Of a DNA stretch of 48,229 nt, positions 9,861 to 20,610 are shown in pieces. Source of the stretch: Minisyncoccota bacterium (GTDB taxonomy: Bacteria; Patescibacteriota; Minisyncoccia; Phycocordibacterales; UBA2100); NCBI GenBank assembly GCA_035500505.1, contig DATJXE010000004.1, positions 1 through 48,229 of the forward strand. The letters are read 5' to 3'. The translations under genes and the position numbers were made by a program. Position 1 is the stretch's first letter. Every line of letters begins with the position of its first letter. The notes beneath the pieces are model-generated. The model saw nothing but the letters and a program-made list of their open reading frames with translations, was not told the DNA's origin and made no database searches.

Positions 9861-11429
9861 CTACTTGCTCGCGAACAGTTCCTTGTGCGCCAAGCGGAAT
9901 TCTTCGGTCGCTTTTGCCAGAGTTTTCTTGGAGTCGTCCGAGAGTTGGCCGGTCTTCTTTATCTCGCCAAGGACTTTCTTGTACTGCGCATCCACGAAAT
10001 CGACGAACTTCGAAGCGGTTTCGCGTACGCGGGCGACCGACACGTCGCCAAAAAGCTTGAGCGATGCGGCGTAGAGCATCGCGACCTGTTTTTCGAGCGG
10101 AATAGGCGCGCCGTTCTTCTGCTTGAGAAGTTCGATCATGCGCTGGCCGCTTGCGAGCTGGTCCGCGGTCGCCTTATCCAAATCTTGCGCGAACTGGGTG
10201 AACGCTTCGAGATCGCGGAACTGTGCGAGCTCGAGCTTGAGGCCGCCGGCGACCGATTTCATCGCTTTCGTCTGGGCGGAAGAACCGACGCGGGAGACCG
10301 AGATACCAACGTCGATAGCGGGCCGCACGCCTTTGTTGAAAAGATCGGCCACAAGAAATATCTGGCCGTCGGTGATGGAGATGACGTTGGTCGGAATGTA
10401 GGCCGAAACGTCGCCTTCCTGCGTCTCGATGATGGGGAGCGCGGTGATGGAGCCTCCGCCTTTCTCTTCGCTCAAGCGGCACGCGCGTTCGAGCAAGCGG
10501 GAGTGTAGGTAGAAAATGTCGCCCGGATATGCTTCGCGGCCCGGCGGGCGGCGCAGGAGGAGCGAGAGTTCGCGGTATGCGACCGCCTGCTTGGAAAGAT
10601 CGTCGTAGATGATGAGCACGTCGCGGCCCTTGTCCATGAAATACTCGCCTATCGCGACACCGGAAAACGGCGCGAGGTATTGGAGCGCGGCGGGAGCTGA
10701 AGCCGGCGCGTCGACGATGATAGTGTAGTCGAGCGCACCCGCTTCGCGCAATTGCTGTGCGATGCGCGCGGTCTTCGATTCCTTCTGCCCGATGGCGACA
10801 TAAATACAAACGGGGCGCTTCCCTTCGGGTTCGTTCAATTGGTTGATGATGGTGTCGATGGCGATGGTCGTCTTCCCTGTTGCGCGGTCGCCGATCAAGA
10901 GCTCGCGCTGGCCGCGGCCGATCGGGATCATCGCGTCTATCGCGACGATGCCCGTTGCGAGCGGTACAGAAACGCCCTTGCGGTCAATAACGCCCGCAGC
11001 CTGTCGCTCCACCGGCATCATCGTCGGTTTTTTGAAAGGGCCTTTGCCGTCCTGCGGCTCGCCCAACGCGTTGACGACGCGACCGAGCAATTCATCGCCC
11101 GAAGGCACGCTCAACACGCGGCCGGCCGATTTGACCGTCATGCCTTCGACAACGCGCGAAGTATCGCCGAGGATGGCGGCGCGCACGCCGTCTTCTTCCA
11201 GGTTCAAGACGAGGCCGTACAGTTCACCTTGCGCCTCCATCGCGTGCGCAAGCTTCTTTCCTTTGGTTTCTTCAAAGGTCAATATCTCGCTCATTACCAC
11301 TTTTGAAAGTCCGTCGATCTCGACGACGCCGTCCCCCACCGAGACGACTTTCCCGGCATGGGTACCCTCATGCGCGGGCTTAAACTTCTCTATTTCCTTT
11401 ACGATCTTTTCGACGATTGCATTATCCAT
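9861..11429 (-). CDS. atpA: F1 ATP synthase alpha subunit
   Basis: Walker [16 protein letters not shown]. The 522-aa ORF resembles alpha subunits along its full length. Confidence 0.97.
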   Translation of the reverse strand: MDNAIVEKIVKEIEKFKPAHEGTHAGKVVSVGDGVVEIDGLSKVVMSEILTFEETKGKKLAHAMEAQGELYGLVLNLEEDGVRAAILGDTSRVVEGMTVKSAGRVLSVPSGDELLGRVVNALGEPQDGKGPFKKPTMMPVERQAAGVIDRKGVSVPLATGIVAIDAMIPIGRGQRELLIGDRATGKTTIAIDTIINQLNEPEGKRPVCIYVAIGQKESKTARIAQQLREAGALDYTIIVDAPASAPAALQYLAPFSGVAIGEYFMDKGRDVLIIYDDLSKQAVAYRELSLLLRRPPGREAYPGDIFYLHSRLLERACRLSEEKGGGSITALPIIETQEGDVSAYIPTNVISITDGQIFLVADLFNKGVRPAIDVGISVSRVGSSAQTKAMKSVAGGLKLELAQFRDLEAFTQFAQDLDKATADQLASGQRMIELLKQKNGAPIPLEKQVAMLYAASLKLFGDVSVARVRETASKFVDFVDAQYKKVLGEIKKTGQLSDDSKKTLAKATEEFRLAHKELFASK

Positions 11430-11432
11430 ACA

Positions 11433-11819
11433 TCAGCGTACGGCCAGATTATACATGTCCAATAAGGATTTCTTAAAACTTTTGTCGACAAGCACCCCTT
11501 TGCCTTCGAGCCGCCAACCGCCGATGAGCGACTCGTCGAGTTGAACATCGAGGTTCTTCGAATCCGCGCCTATCTCCTCCAGAATGGCCTTCACCTCTCG
11601 TTTTGCCTTGTGCGTGTCTTTTTCGCGCGCGACGGAAACGATGATCGCGTTCTTTTTCATCTCACGGGTCGCAAGCCGCTCGAAAGCTCGCGCGATGCGG
11701 GGCAGGAGCGCTTCTCGACCGCGCACCTTGAGCGATTCGACGAGCGCATGCAGCGCCTTTTTCGGCTCCATGCCTTCTTCTACCAATTGCCAAAGGGCCT
11801 GCGCGTAGCTTTTTTCCAT
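11433..11819 (-). CDS. atpH: F1 ATP synthase delta (OSCP) subunit, short form (128 aa)
   Basis: Lies between atpF and atpA. C-terminal DESLIGGWRLEGKGVLVDKSFKKSL matches the delta signature. Confidence 0.8.
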   Translation of the reverse strand: MEKSYAQALWQLVEEGMEPKKALHALVESLKVRGREALLPRIARAFERLATREMKKNAIIVSVAREKDTHKAKREVKAILEEIGADSKNLDVQLDESLIGGWRLEGKGVLVDKSFKKSLLDMYNLAVR

Positions 11820-11822
11820 AGG

Positions 11823-12269
11823 TTATGCGTGCTCCTTCAATATCTTCTCCGCGGCGAGCATCGCCGCACGTGCGATCTCCTTGGAGCTTTCCTGCATCGC
11901 AAGGCGCTTCGCTTCCTCGGCATGAGCCTGCGCTTCCTTCAGGATCGCACTGGCTTTTGCTTCCGCCGCTTTTGTCGATTCAGCGGTCACCTCGCTTGCG
12001 CGACTCCGTGCCGCCGCGACAAGACCTTCAGCCTCTTTTGAAGCATCAGCGACCATCCCTTCGCCCTGCGCTTTTGCGTCCTCAAGACGCTTATTTGCCT
12101 CTTGTGCAAGCCGCACTCCTTCGGCGACTTTTTCGCGCCGTTCGTCGATGATACGGAGGATGGGACGATAGAGAAAGTATGTGAGCGCGGCAAGCAGCAG
12201 CACAAAGTTCACCGCTTGTATCAAAAGCAGATGCCAGTCGACCCCGAATGCCGAGAATAACGCGCTCAT
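11823..12269 (-). CDS. atpF: Fo ATP synthase subunit b
   Basis: A single N-terminal TM helix followed by a long charged A/E/K-rich helix. Operon position agrees. Confidence 0.88.
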   Translation of the reverse strand: MSALFSAFGVDWHLLLIQAVNFVLLLAALTYFLYRPILRIIDERREKVAEGVRLAQEANKRLEDAKAQGEGMVADASKEAEGLVAAARSRASEVTAESTKAAEAKASAILKEAQAHAEEAKRLAMQESSKEIARAAMLAAEKILKEHA

Positions 12270-12282
12270 ATCCTATCACGCC

Positions 12283-12582
<300 letters not shown>

Positions 12583-13341
12583 TCAATGCGCCTCGGCTCC
12601 GTGCGGCTGCATGATCGCGATCTTGATAAAGTAGAGGGTGAGGAGGGCGAAGATGGCGGCTTGCACGAACCCGACGAATATTTCGAAGGCCATGACGGGG
12701 ACCGGACCCACGAATGGGATGAAGTACGTGACGACGAGAATGAGCACTTCGCCTGCAAAAATGTTACCGAAAAGACGGAACGAGAACGCGATGATGCGCG
12801 CGAATTCAGAGAATATTTCGATGATGCCGACAAAAAACTGGATGAAACCGTTGCGCACATTGATAAATTTGCCGGTATATTTCCAAAAACCTATCACGAC
12901 GATACCTGTTGTTTCGATGACCACGAACGAAAGGATGGCTAGCATCAGCGTGACATTGAGGTCGGTGTTTACGGAGCGGAAAAGCGGGACGAATGTTCCA
13001 ACCGGATCAAAAAGCCCTAGAGAGCCGACTCCGGGCAAAAACTCGAGAAGATTGGATGTAAAAACAAAAAGAAAAATGGTGGTGAGATACGGAAAAAATA
13101 TGCGCGCAAGTTTGCGACTCTCCAACGTTTCGGCGACGTAATCGTAGACGAATTCGACGAGCCATTCAAAAAGTAGTTGGAAACGGCTCGGCGTGAGTTT
13201 CAAGCGAGAGCCGATGAGCACCGCAACGAAGAGAAGGATGACCAGCACCGCCCAACTCGTGACGAGCGTATTGGTTATGTGAATGCCAAAAAGTGTGCCG
13301 ATCTGTTCTGGCGCAAGGATTACATTTATACCGGATTGCAT
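12583..13341 (-). CDS. atpB: Fo ATP synthase subunit a
   Basis: The conserved Arg region FSFRLFGNIFAGEVL, five to six TM helices, and first position in the operon. Confidence 0.93.
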   Translation of the reverse strand: MQSGINVILAPEQIGTLFGIHITNTLVTSWAVLVILLFVAVLIGSRLKLTPSRFQLLFEWLVEFVYDYVAETLESRKLARIFFPYLTTIFLFVFTSNLLEFLPGVGSLGLFDPVGTFVPLFRSVNTDLNVTLMLAILSFVVIETTGIVVIGFWKYTGKFINVRNGFIQFFVGIIEIFSEFARIIAFSFRLFGNIFAGEVLILVVTYFIPFVGPVPVMAFEIFVGFVQAAIFALLTLYFIKIAIMQPHGAEAH

Positions 13342-13363
13342 GTTGCGGCGATTTTAGCATGAC

Positions 13364-13392
13364 GTGCGGCCGCCCCAACGGGGCGGCCGCAC
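13364..13392. repeat. perfect 13-bp GC hairpin (GTGCGGCCGCCCC-AAC-GGGGCGGCCGCAC)
   Basis: Read directly. Lies 24 nt after the fasciclin gene stop and 22 nt before the atpB start. No U-tract on either strand. Confidence 0.9.
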
Positions 13393-13415
13393 TCACTCGC
13401 TCCCCAACAAAAAGC

Positions 13416-14018
13416 CTATATGGTGGACTTCTGCGGCGGGATGAGCACGTCGTTGATGACGTAAACGATGCCGTTGGAGCCCTTGTACTCGCTCACGACA
13501 ATGGCGCTATTGACCATCGGGATGTTGTTGGTGTCGCTGAAATTCAGCGGGTCGCCGGAAAGCGCTTGCACGACGCCGAGCGTCTGCGTGCCGACCTGTA
13601 TCTCCTTGCCCGAGACGACGTGGTATTCGACCAGGCGCTTCAATTGCGCGGCCGTCATCTTGCTGATGGTGCCTTTTGTCACGTTGCTATACGCGCTGTC
13701 GAGCGGAACGAAGACCGTGTATTTCCCGCCGGAGCTGGTCATGGCCGAAACGCCCGTCGACACGAAGAGCGACTGGAACTCCGACGCGCCGGATAGCGAA
13801 GCGACAATGCTGTCTACGCTCTCGCTCCCCTCATTCGTAACGCTCGGGGCCGCGCTCGTTGTCGACGTGGTAGTAGGCGTTGTCACCGAGGTACCACCCC
13901 AGAAAAACCCTTGCCACGAGCCCAGAGGCTGGCTAGCCGCTATCCACCACAGCCCGAACGCCGCGATGAGGATTATTACAATAATACCGATCCACACTCC
14001 CCTGTTTGTTTGATTCAT
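13416..14018 (-). CDS. secreted/anchored fasciclin (FAS1) domain protein
   Basis: N-terminal TM/signal helix, then YTVFVPLDSAY and GIVYVINDVLIPP (FAS1 H1/H2-like). Confidence 0.8.
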   Translation of the reverse strand: MNQTNRGVWIGIIVIILIAAFGLWWIAASQPLGSWQGFFWGGTSVTTPTTTSTTSAAPSVTNEGSESVDSIVASLSGASEFQSLFVSTGVSAMTSSGGKYTVFVPLDSAYSNVTKGTISKMTAAQLKRLVEYHVVSGKEIQVGTQTLGVVQALSGDPLNFSDTNNIPMVNSAIVVSEYKGSNGIVYVINDVLIPPQKSTI

Positions 14019-14077
14019 ACATTATAGTGACCCATTAAAGCCGGTATTGAACCGGATACATGGTAGACGTATGAACG

Positions 14078-14950
14078 TCACCCCTCTTTCATGAACCCCC
14101 GCACCACCTTCGCGATCTTTTTTTCTCCTCCGCGGAAGCTATGCCCAACTCTCGGAATGATAACAACCTCGTCTTCGGGCTTCAAGTGCTTTTGGAACCA
14201 CGCGGCGATCTCCCTTGCAGGACGTTTCGTGTGTTCTTCCGCACCGGCGAGAAAGACCGCTGTTGGAGTCGTCACAGATCTGACTATCCGAGAGATTTTG
14301 TTCGGTTGGATATAAGTAAAGATTTCTTCGACGCTGTTAGGAGTGTACAAACTCAAGAATCGTTGGGCATCGCACACGAACCACGGCCCCAACTCTTTTG
14401 GCATCAGTCCGTGAGGTTTGCCCGAACGAACGAGCTTTCGAGCGTACGCGACCGATCTTTTTAATCTCCCGTTCCTGTCCTCCTCCACTGCGCACGCATA
14501 ATCGCTCAAAGGACCAAGTAAAAATATCCCTTTTACTCCTTTTTCCCGCCTGTTCTTGTACGCCCAATAGTATGCCTTTTGCGCGCCCGTCGAGTGTCCG
14601 GCAAGATATATTTCTTTGACCTTTGCGCGCTTGACGAGATTTATCGCACCTTGAACATCGTCCGCCGATTCAGTAAAAACCTCATGTCCGGCGCCGGAGC
14701 GAATCCACTGCGTTTCACCTCGACGTTTGCGTTTAACTTCTCCTACTTGCTCAAAGCCGCGATTGTTGAACGTGATGACGGCTGTTTCCGGTCCAACGAG
14801 CTCCTTGATGAGTCTCGACATGCTGAACGCCGAGGCGGTTAGGCCATGTATAAAAATAATGGCTCGCTTGGGCTTCTTCGGCCCGAACCAAAGCCCGTTC
14901 AGGATGTAGTGCTTCGGCGTCGTTATCTGTACGACGTATGCCGGAGTCAT
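14078..14950 (-). CDS. alpha/beta hydrolase (DUF1749-like)
   Basis: IIFIHGL oxyanion region and the nucleophile elbow LAGHSTGAQ. Confidence 0.75.
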   Translation of the reverse strand: MTPAYVVQITTPKHYILNGLWFGPKKPKRAIIFIHGLTASAFSMSRLIKELVGPETAVITFNNRGFEQVGEVKRKRRGETQWIRSGAGHEVFTESADDVQGAINLVKRAKVKEIYLAGHSTGAQKAYYWAYKNRREKGVKGIFLLGPLSDYACAVEEDRNGRLKRSVAYARKLVRSGKPHGLMPKELGPWFVCDAQRFLSLYTPNSVEEIFTYIQPNKISRIVRSVTTPTAVFLAGAEEHTKRPAREIAAWFQKHLKPEDEVVIIPRVGHSFRGGEKKIAKVVRGFMKEG

Positions 14951-14968
14951 GGGGCGAGTATACCCGGA

Positions 14969-15514
14969 TTATTTTGCGCTTGCGAGCTTCTCCGGAGCGT
15001 TCAGTGCGGCGACGAGGCCGGACTGGGTCGCGGGAATGGTAGCGACATCCACGCGCCCGATGACCTTGATGATGACATCCTTGCACAGGCCGAGAATGAG
15101 CGCGGGGTTCCCCGTCTTGCCGCTCGGTAATTTTTCCTCCTGCGGCATCAGAATATCTACCTTGTTGTGCATTCTCGCGTTCATCGTGTCCGCGATGACG
15201 CGCAAGCCGATAAGCTGCCCGACCCTGTCGTAGCCGCACGAGGGCGACGAGGTCGCCGCTTCGATGGCGATGACGGTGCCGAACGGCAACTCGCTTGCGA
15301 GGTCTTGAGAACGCGCGGCGATTATGTTGGGATCGGAGAATGCGCCGCTCGCGGTCGTCTCGGGATCTTCATCGGTCTGCGCGGGGGTCGCGTTGTACGC
15401 GGTCATGCCGACGGTATATTCGGGTCCGTTGATGCCCGGCAACGAAGAAGCATCCGCGGTGCCGGCCCCCGTTATAAGCAAAAAGCCCAAAAGGGCCGTG
15501 GTAAGCGCATGCAT
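14969..15514 (-). CDS. secreted 3D-domain / RlpA-like double-psi beta-barrel protein
   Basis: Signal peptide, then MTAYNATPAQTDEDPETTASG, LPFGTVIAIE and ADTMNARMHNKVDILMP. Confidence 0.65.
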   Translation of the reverse strand: MHALTTALLGFLLITGAGTADASSLPGINGPEYTVGMTAYNATPAQTDEDPETTASGAFSDPNIIAARSQDLASELPFGTVIAIEAATSSPSCGYDRVGQLIGLRVIADTMNARMHNKVDILMPQEEKLPSGKTGNPALILGLCKDVIIKVIGRVDVATIPATQSGLVAALNAPEKLASAK

Positions 15515-15615
15515 AGGAGATTGGCGCGAAAGTTACTTCTTGCCGATGCCGACCATGTTAGCACGGCCAAAGGTTACGGTCAATAGCTTTTCTTGGCTCT
15601 ACAGAGCCATATTAT

Positions 15616-16887
<1,272 letters not shown>

Positions 16888-16908
16888 TTACGTGTGAAAG
16901 TTGTTGAT

Positions 16909-17169
16909 TTAGGACGACGCACGAACATACCTATACGTCGCGAATCCCGCGCAGGTTGAAACGACCAAAACATACGTAATACCGGTGATACACGTTTGTA
17001 GAAGAGGCGCCGGGTTCGCGATGACCAAGTACACGCCCGTGACTATCGTCAAGGTGATCAGCACATACGATGCGCCGAGAGTTCTTTTGGAGGGAAACGC
17101 GAGGGCAAGCGTGGCAAAGACGATGCTCGAAACCGCAATGAGAATATGCAAAAGCAGCAGCATAGGCAA
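16909..17169 (-). CDS. small membrane protein with 3 TM helices (86 aa)
   Basis: ORF track entry with three clear hydrophobic helices. Confidence 0.55.
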   Translation of the reverse strand: MPMLLLLHILIAVSSIVFATLALAFPSKRTLGASYVLITLTIVTGVYLVIANPAPLLQTCITGITYVLVVSTCAGFATYRYVRASS

Positions 17170-17247
17170 TAATTATACCTCCAAATCTTAAATTCATGAC
17201 CCTAGAGGGACAAAACCGGAACCAGCTTGTCAGAGAGAGTAAAACGG

Positions 17248-18000
17248 CTATTGAGTGTATTTGAATCTACCGCTTGCAAGTGGTGTACCTTGACCACTCG
17301 GAGGATAGACGACCACTCCCATATTTCCTGATACTCCCGTGAGTGTTGCCGTCCACCGACCGTTTATAACCGGGTACGTACCGCCCCCGTTACCTGAACC
17401 AGTACCGTCAAGCTCAATCAAAACCTCAGTAAGATTTGAAGCCGTACCTGTTACTGTGAAGGTTGATGAGGGCGAGGAAAGCGAGTTCTGATCAATGGTT
17501 GCCGAGGGAGAATGGGTAACGGACGGCTGAACTGGCGTCGAGGGACTTTGTGTCGCAGGTGTAACCGTTTGTACGTGGTTGTCCTGAGAAGCGGAGGGGT
17601 TGGAATCGCTAGATTCCGCTTGCGGTAATGGATACTCTTGTTCAAGCTGTGCAACCGTTGCTTGCGCATTCCGCTGGGCATTTGGCACAACAACATAGAC
17701 GTAATACAGGTATCCCCCACCGAAGAATACTATAAGGATGAGTGCGATAAACGCCCACTCGGTGTGTAGTACTTGTCGGGCTTTGAGCGGAAAACGTTTT
17801 TTCCATCCGTAGTAATAGATTGAACCAACAATGATTACTCCACCGAAGAGTATCGTGAGAATTACTAATAGACGTTCGCCCACAGTCAGTCCATCAGGCA
17901 TCATCGAATTTTGAGCACCGGCACGTCTGACCCTCAACATGTAAAAAACAGCAACGATAACGCTGATAAGAATCAACGCCCAAAAGACTACTTGTGCCAT
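17248..18000 (-). CDS. membrane protein with a Ser/Pro/Thr-rich linker and a beta-rich C-terminal domain
   Basis: 250-aa ORF with three to four TM helices, a low-complexity S/P/T/Q linker, and a C-terminal TVTGTASN...GRWTATLTG region. Confidence 0.6.
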   Translation of the reverse strand: MAQVVFWALILISVIVAVFYMLRVRRAGAQNSMMPDGLTVGERLLVILTILFGGVIIVGSIYYYGWKKRFPLKARQVLHTEWAFIALILIVFFGGGYLYYVYVVVPNAQRNAQATVAQLEQEYPLPQAESSDSNPSASQDNHVQTVTPATQSPSTPVQPSVTHSPSATIDQNSLSSPSSTFTVTGTASNLTEVLIELDGTGSGNGGGTYPVINGRWTATLTGVSGNMGVVVYPPSGQGTPLASGRFKYTQ

Positions 18001-18284
18001 TACGTACCAGTATATATCTCTGATTTCAGCAGTTCAGAGGGGTTGTTAATAACCTCCAACAACCTTTCCAAGACATAGTTCCAACTTTGTCCCGTTAGGC
18101 GCTCAAAACGAGCTTAAAAAATAGGTACGAAAAATCCATGACCCTAACGATACAGAACTCAAACCCAATAATCCAGTTCCTCCAATCGCTTAGCGCTGTG
18201 GCTGGAAAATTCGCCTCGCTCCAAAATCAACAGTTAATCCCTGCTGCTGATCTGCTGGGAATACTCCCCTAATGGGGTTAAAAC

Positions 18285-19160
18285 CTACTGAAAGGCTTTC
18301 GGGTATGCCGCTTGCAGTCTTCCTAAATCTTTTCCGTCTACAGGACAGTAGAATATTTTCTTTCCAGTAGCAACAGATTTGTTGATTGCTTGGGCTTGCA
18401 TTTGGTCAAGTACTCGTTCGTCAATATCGCTATGATGTACAACGACATGAATTTCTGCTGTCCCTTCAAACAACCTCTGTACCTGATCTGCCTTCTTGCC
18501 CATCTTGTTAGGAGTGAGTATTCCCTTTGTGGCTTTGCCCTTGAGAGCAAAGGCCGCCGCCTTTCTCTTTCCCTTGAATATCAGATTGTTGGTGTAAATA
18601 TCGTTTCTTTCTCCACCCCAATCTTTCTTTTCACTCTGGTTCGCAATAGTGCAGATTGCCCTGTTTACTCTGCGCTCCGGCATATCCTTCAGTGATGATG
18701 CGTCTGCAGATGCGATCTTTCGTACAGCTTTGAAAGAGTCGATGTCGTCCACGGTGAGCATTTCCGCTTGTGGCCTGCTTCTGAAAGCATAGTTCTTGAT
18801 GATAGTTTGAGAGGCATGCTTCCTCTTTGTGGGATAGGACTTCAGCCGTACACCATTTGCGGACAGACTCAGAATACGTTGGCGATTATGCGCGTAGAAA
18901 TCTTTTTTGCCGTAGTAGATTACCCCCTTTATAACCTTCTTTTCCACAATGTCCTCTGAATACAGTTTCGCAGCTGCCTTATAAGTATTCACATTGAAGT
19001 TGCTTACTGAGCCGCGTATATCTTCTACCGTTTTCCACGCTTTTTTACCCTTGTATATTGCAACGTAAGTCTCTTTGCACTGCTTGGAGGCTCGCAATAC
19101 CCGTGCCGCTCGTTCGATTTTTTCATCGGCATTCGCACTGGTGTCGCTTACGATCGTCAT
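18285..19160 (-). CDS. hypothetical 291-aa protein; the C-terminal ~120 aa may be a PD-(D/E)xK-like nuclease fold (speculative)
   Basis: Last gene of the island operon. The pattern GGERNDIYT..AAAFALKGK..KKADQVQRLF..EIHVVVHH fits an E/D...xK beta-beta-alpha-beta layout, but it is non-canonical (ALK rather than ExK). I recognise no family. Confidence 0.7.
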   Translation of the reverse strand: MTIVSDTSANADEKIERAARVLRASKQCKETYVAIYKGKKAWKTVEDIRGSVSNFNVNTYKAAAKLYSEDIVEKKVIKGVIYYGKKDFYAHNRQRILSLSANGVRLKSYPTKRKHASQTIIKNYAFRSRPQAEMLTVDDIDSFKAVRKIASADASSLKDMPERRVNRAICTIANQSEKKDWGGERNDIYTNNLIFKGKRKAAAFALKGKATKGILTPNKMGKKADQVQRLFEGTAEIHVVVHHSDIDERVLDQMQAQAINKSVATGKKIFYCPVDGKDLGRLQAAYPKAFQ

Positions 19161-19164
19161 AGAG

Positions 19165-19383
19165 TTATTGCTTCTTCCGTTTCGCCGTCTTCTTCAGCGC
19201 CTTGTTCACAAACAATGCAATCGAGTCTACATCAGCTTGATCGCACTTGAGAATAGCCCGTATCTCCTTGTTAGGCATGTCGAGCTGTCTAGCTTGAAGC
19301 ACGAAGAGTGCCTGCGTCGCCTTGAGGTGTTTCTCTTCTGTTGTGAGTGTTGTGCGTTCTCGACGCTTCTTATTCTTCGCCAT
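19165..19383 (-). CDS. small HTH protein, paralog 1 of 4 (72 aa)
   Basis: Basic N-terminus, a helix, then the HTH-like DMPNKEIRAILKCDQADVDSIALFVNKALKK. Overlaps the upstream gene by 14 nt. Confidence 0.65.
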   Translation of the reverse strand: MAKNKKRRERTTLTTEEKHLKATQALFVLQARQLDMPNKEIRAILKCDQADVDSIALFVNKALKKTAKRKKQ

Positions 19384-19573
19384 GGTTGTTTTTGAGAGCC
19401 TTTACGCCTTTTACAAGACCATTAACTTTTCCGACAGACATGCCGAGGTTCTTAGCAATGTCTGGCTGCGTAGCACCTGACGTATACATCTGTACAGCGA
19501 GCATGTGCTCCAAAAGGTCGGCGACCTTTTGTATTTTCGATTCAAGCGGATGTGGAGATGGTTTATTTTTCAT
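19370..19573 (-). CDS. small HTH protein, paralog 2 of 4 (about 67 aa from the Met at 19573; the ORF extends to 19615)
   Basis: GATQPDIAKNLGMSVGKVNGLVKGVKALK resembles a sigma-70 region 4 / LuxR-type HTH. Confidence 0.65.
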   Translation of the reverse strand: MKNKPSPHPLESKIQKVADLLEHMLAVQMYTSGATQPDIAKNLGMSVGKVNGLVKGVKALKNNHGEE

Positions 19574-19799
19574 GTTTCTTTTGTTTAGCTTTTCGCGCAT
19601 GGTGGAGTGCGACATTCACTGTGTTTCTACTCGTATCCAGCAGCTCCGCGATTCGCGTGGGTGAAAACCCCACACTTCCCATTTGTTGGATGACGTTTGA
19701 TTGCAGCCCTTCACGCTTTACCTGTATAGCGAGCAGCATCACAACCTCTTTGAGCAATGTGACGGCCTCTCTCTGTGCCTGTAGCATTTCCTTTTCCAT
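19563..19799 (-). CDS. small HTH protein, paralog 3 of 4 (78 aa)
   Basis: GFSPTRIAELLDTSRNTVNVALHHARKAK is a sigma-70 region 4-like HTH. Confidence 0.7.
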   Translation of the reverse strand: MEKEMLQAQREAVTLLKEVVMLLAIQVKREGLQSNVIQQMGSVGFSPTRIAELLDTSRNTVNVALHHARKAKQKKHEK

Positions 19800-19801
19800 A
19801 A

Positions 19802-20035
19802 TTATTTGGCTCTCTGTATAGCCTTTCGAACAGCCCCTTCGTTTTTATTGAGGATTTTGGCAATATCCGCTACCTCTAGACCGACCTTCTTCAGGAGGAA
19901 TTCAATACGAGTACTCTTTGCCTCTTCGGAAAGAGAGAGCACCGTGAGAACCAGTAAGGCGGAGAGTTTGCTGTCTATGGCTTTCAGTGTTTTCAAATCG
20001 TCCATGCGCATGACGGTTAGGAATAATGGGGACAT
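19802..20035 (-). CDS. small HTH protein, paralog 4 of 4 (77 aa)
   Basis: GLEVADIAKILNKNEGAVRKAIQRAK HTH. First gene of the operon. Alternative starts at 20011 and 20005. Confidence 0.7.
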   Translation of the reverse strand: MSPLFLTVMRMDDLKTLKAIDSKLSALLVLTVLSLSEEAKSTRIEFLLKKVGLEVADIAKILNKNEGAVRKAIQRAK

Positions 20036-20080
20036 TCTACCAGCCCGCCGCTCGCGTGCAACAGCAAATTGTCCAATGTT

Positions 20081-20107
20081 GATAAGATATCGCTACGATA
20101 TATTATC
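20081..20107. promoter_or_regulatory. operator-like imperfect palindrome upstream of the HTH operon
   Basis: GATAAGATATCG-cta-CGATATATTATC, with arms matching at 11 of 12 positions. Lies 46-72 nt upstream of the ATG at 20035, in AT-rich DNA with TATAAA/TATATT -10-like hexamers. Confidence 0.5.
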
Positions 20108-20610
20108 TCTGAACTCTATAAAATGCCTCAAATACGATGCATTCGCTATATTTGACTAAGTTTATGCGTTATCTACAAAATCAACGATGCGATACTCGGA
20201 AGTCTTTTTGTCAATGGGGCGTGTACCCAGCTTCTTTGCAAACCTCGTTTATTGCTGCACCAAGACGAGCAGCGCAATCTGGGTCGTGTAGGCATTTCTG
20301 CGCTTCCGCGTCTTTTGCTTCCCGTCGCTTCTCACCAATCCACAAAGGGACTACGATAATCACCAGTAAAAACAGGGCTGCCCAGAGAATAATGTTGCGT
20401 CTGCTGATGTTGAGTCTGCTGTTAAATTCGGCTTGCGTGTTGTCAAAGAACTCCCGCTTGCTTGGAAGACATTGGAAGTCGAGGAGCTACGTGAACTCCG
20501 CTTAACGCTCTTTCCTCAAAACTTGAGGTACAACTATCCGAATTTCAAAACCGCTGAATTATCACCAATCTACAGCATAAAAGCCGCATCTGGCGACGAG
20601 ACGAACCGTT

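Larger units (their letters stand above)
18001..20610. mobile_element. AT-rich island abutting the 3' end of tRNA-Glu; no recombinase gene detected
   Basis: A spot count gives about 45% GC, against 55-63% in the backbone. Contains a five-gene tightly packed operon of orphan genes and directly follows the 3' end of tRNA-Glu. The left boundary is not defined and could extend to about 16.9 kb. Confidence 0.4.

Noticed and set aside
20137-20505. Plus-strand ORF 20137..20505 (122 aa), and a minus-strand small TM ORF at about 20214-20470 (..NIILWAALFLLVIIVVPLWIGEKRREAKDAE..CKEAGYTPH*).
   Set aside because: The plus-strand ORF translation is Ser/Arg/Cys-rich and not protein-like. The minus-strand frame looks like a real one-TM protein, but it has no ATG/GTG/TTG after the in-frame TAG. 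An ATG (MSSKQAGVL*) sits in another frame just upstream. At best it is a frameshifted remnant, so I did not call it.
18001-20610. A prophage or integrative conjugative element call for the AT-rich island.
   Set aside because: No integrase, excisionase, terminase, capsid, relaxase or replication gene is recognisable. Only compositional bias, tRNA adjacency and weak repeat evidence support mobility, so it is reported merely as a possible island.
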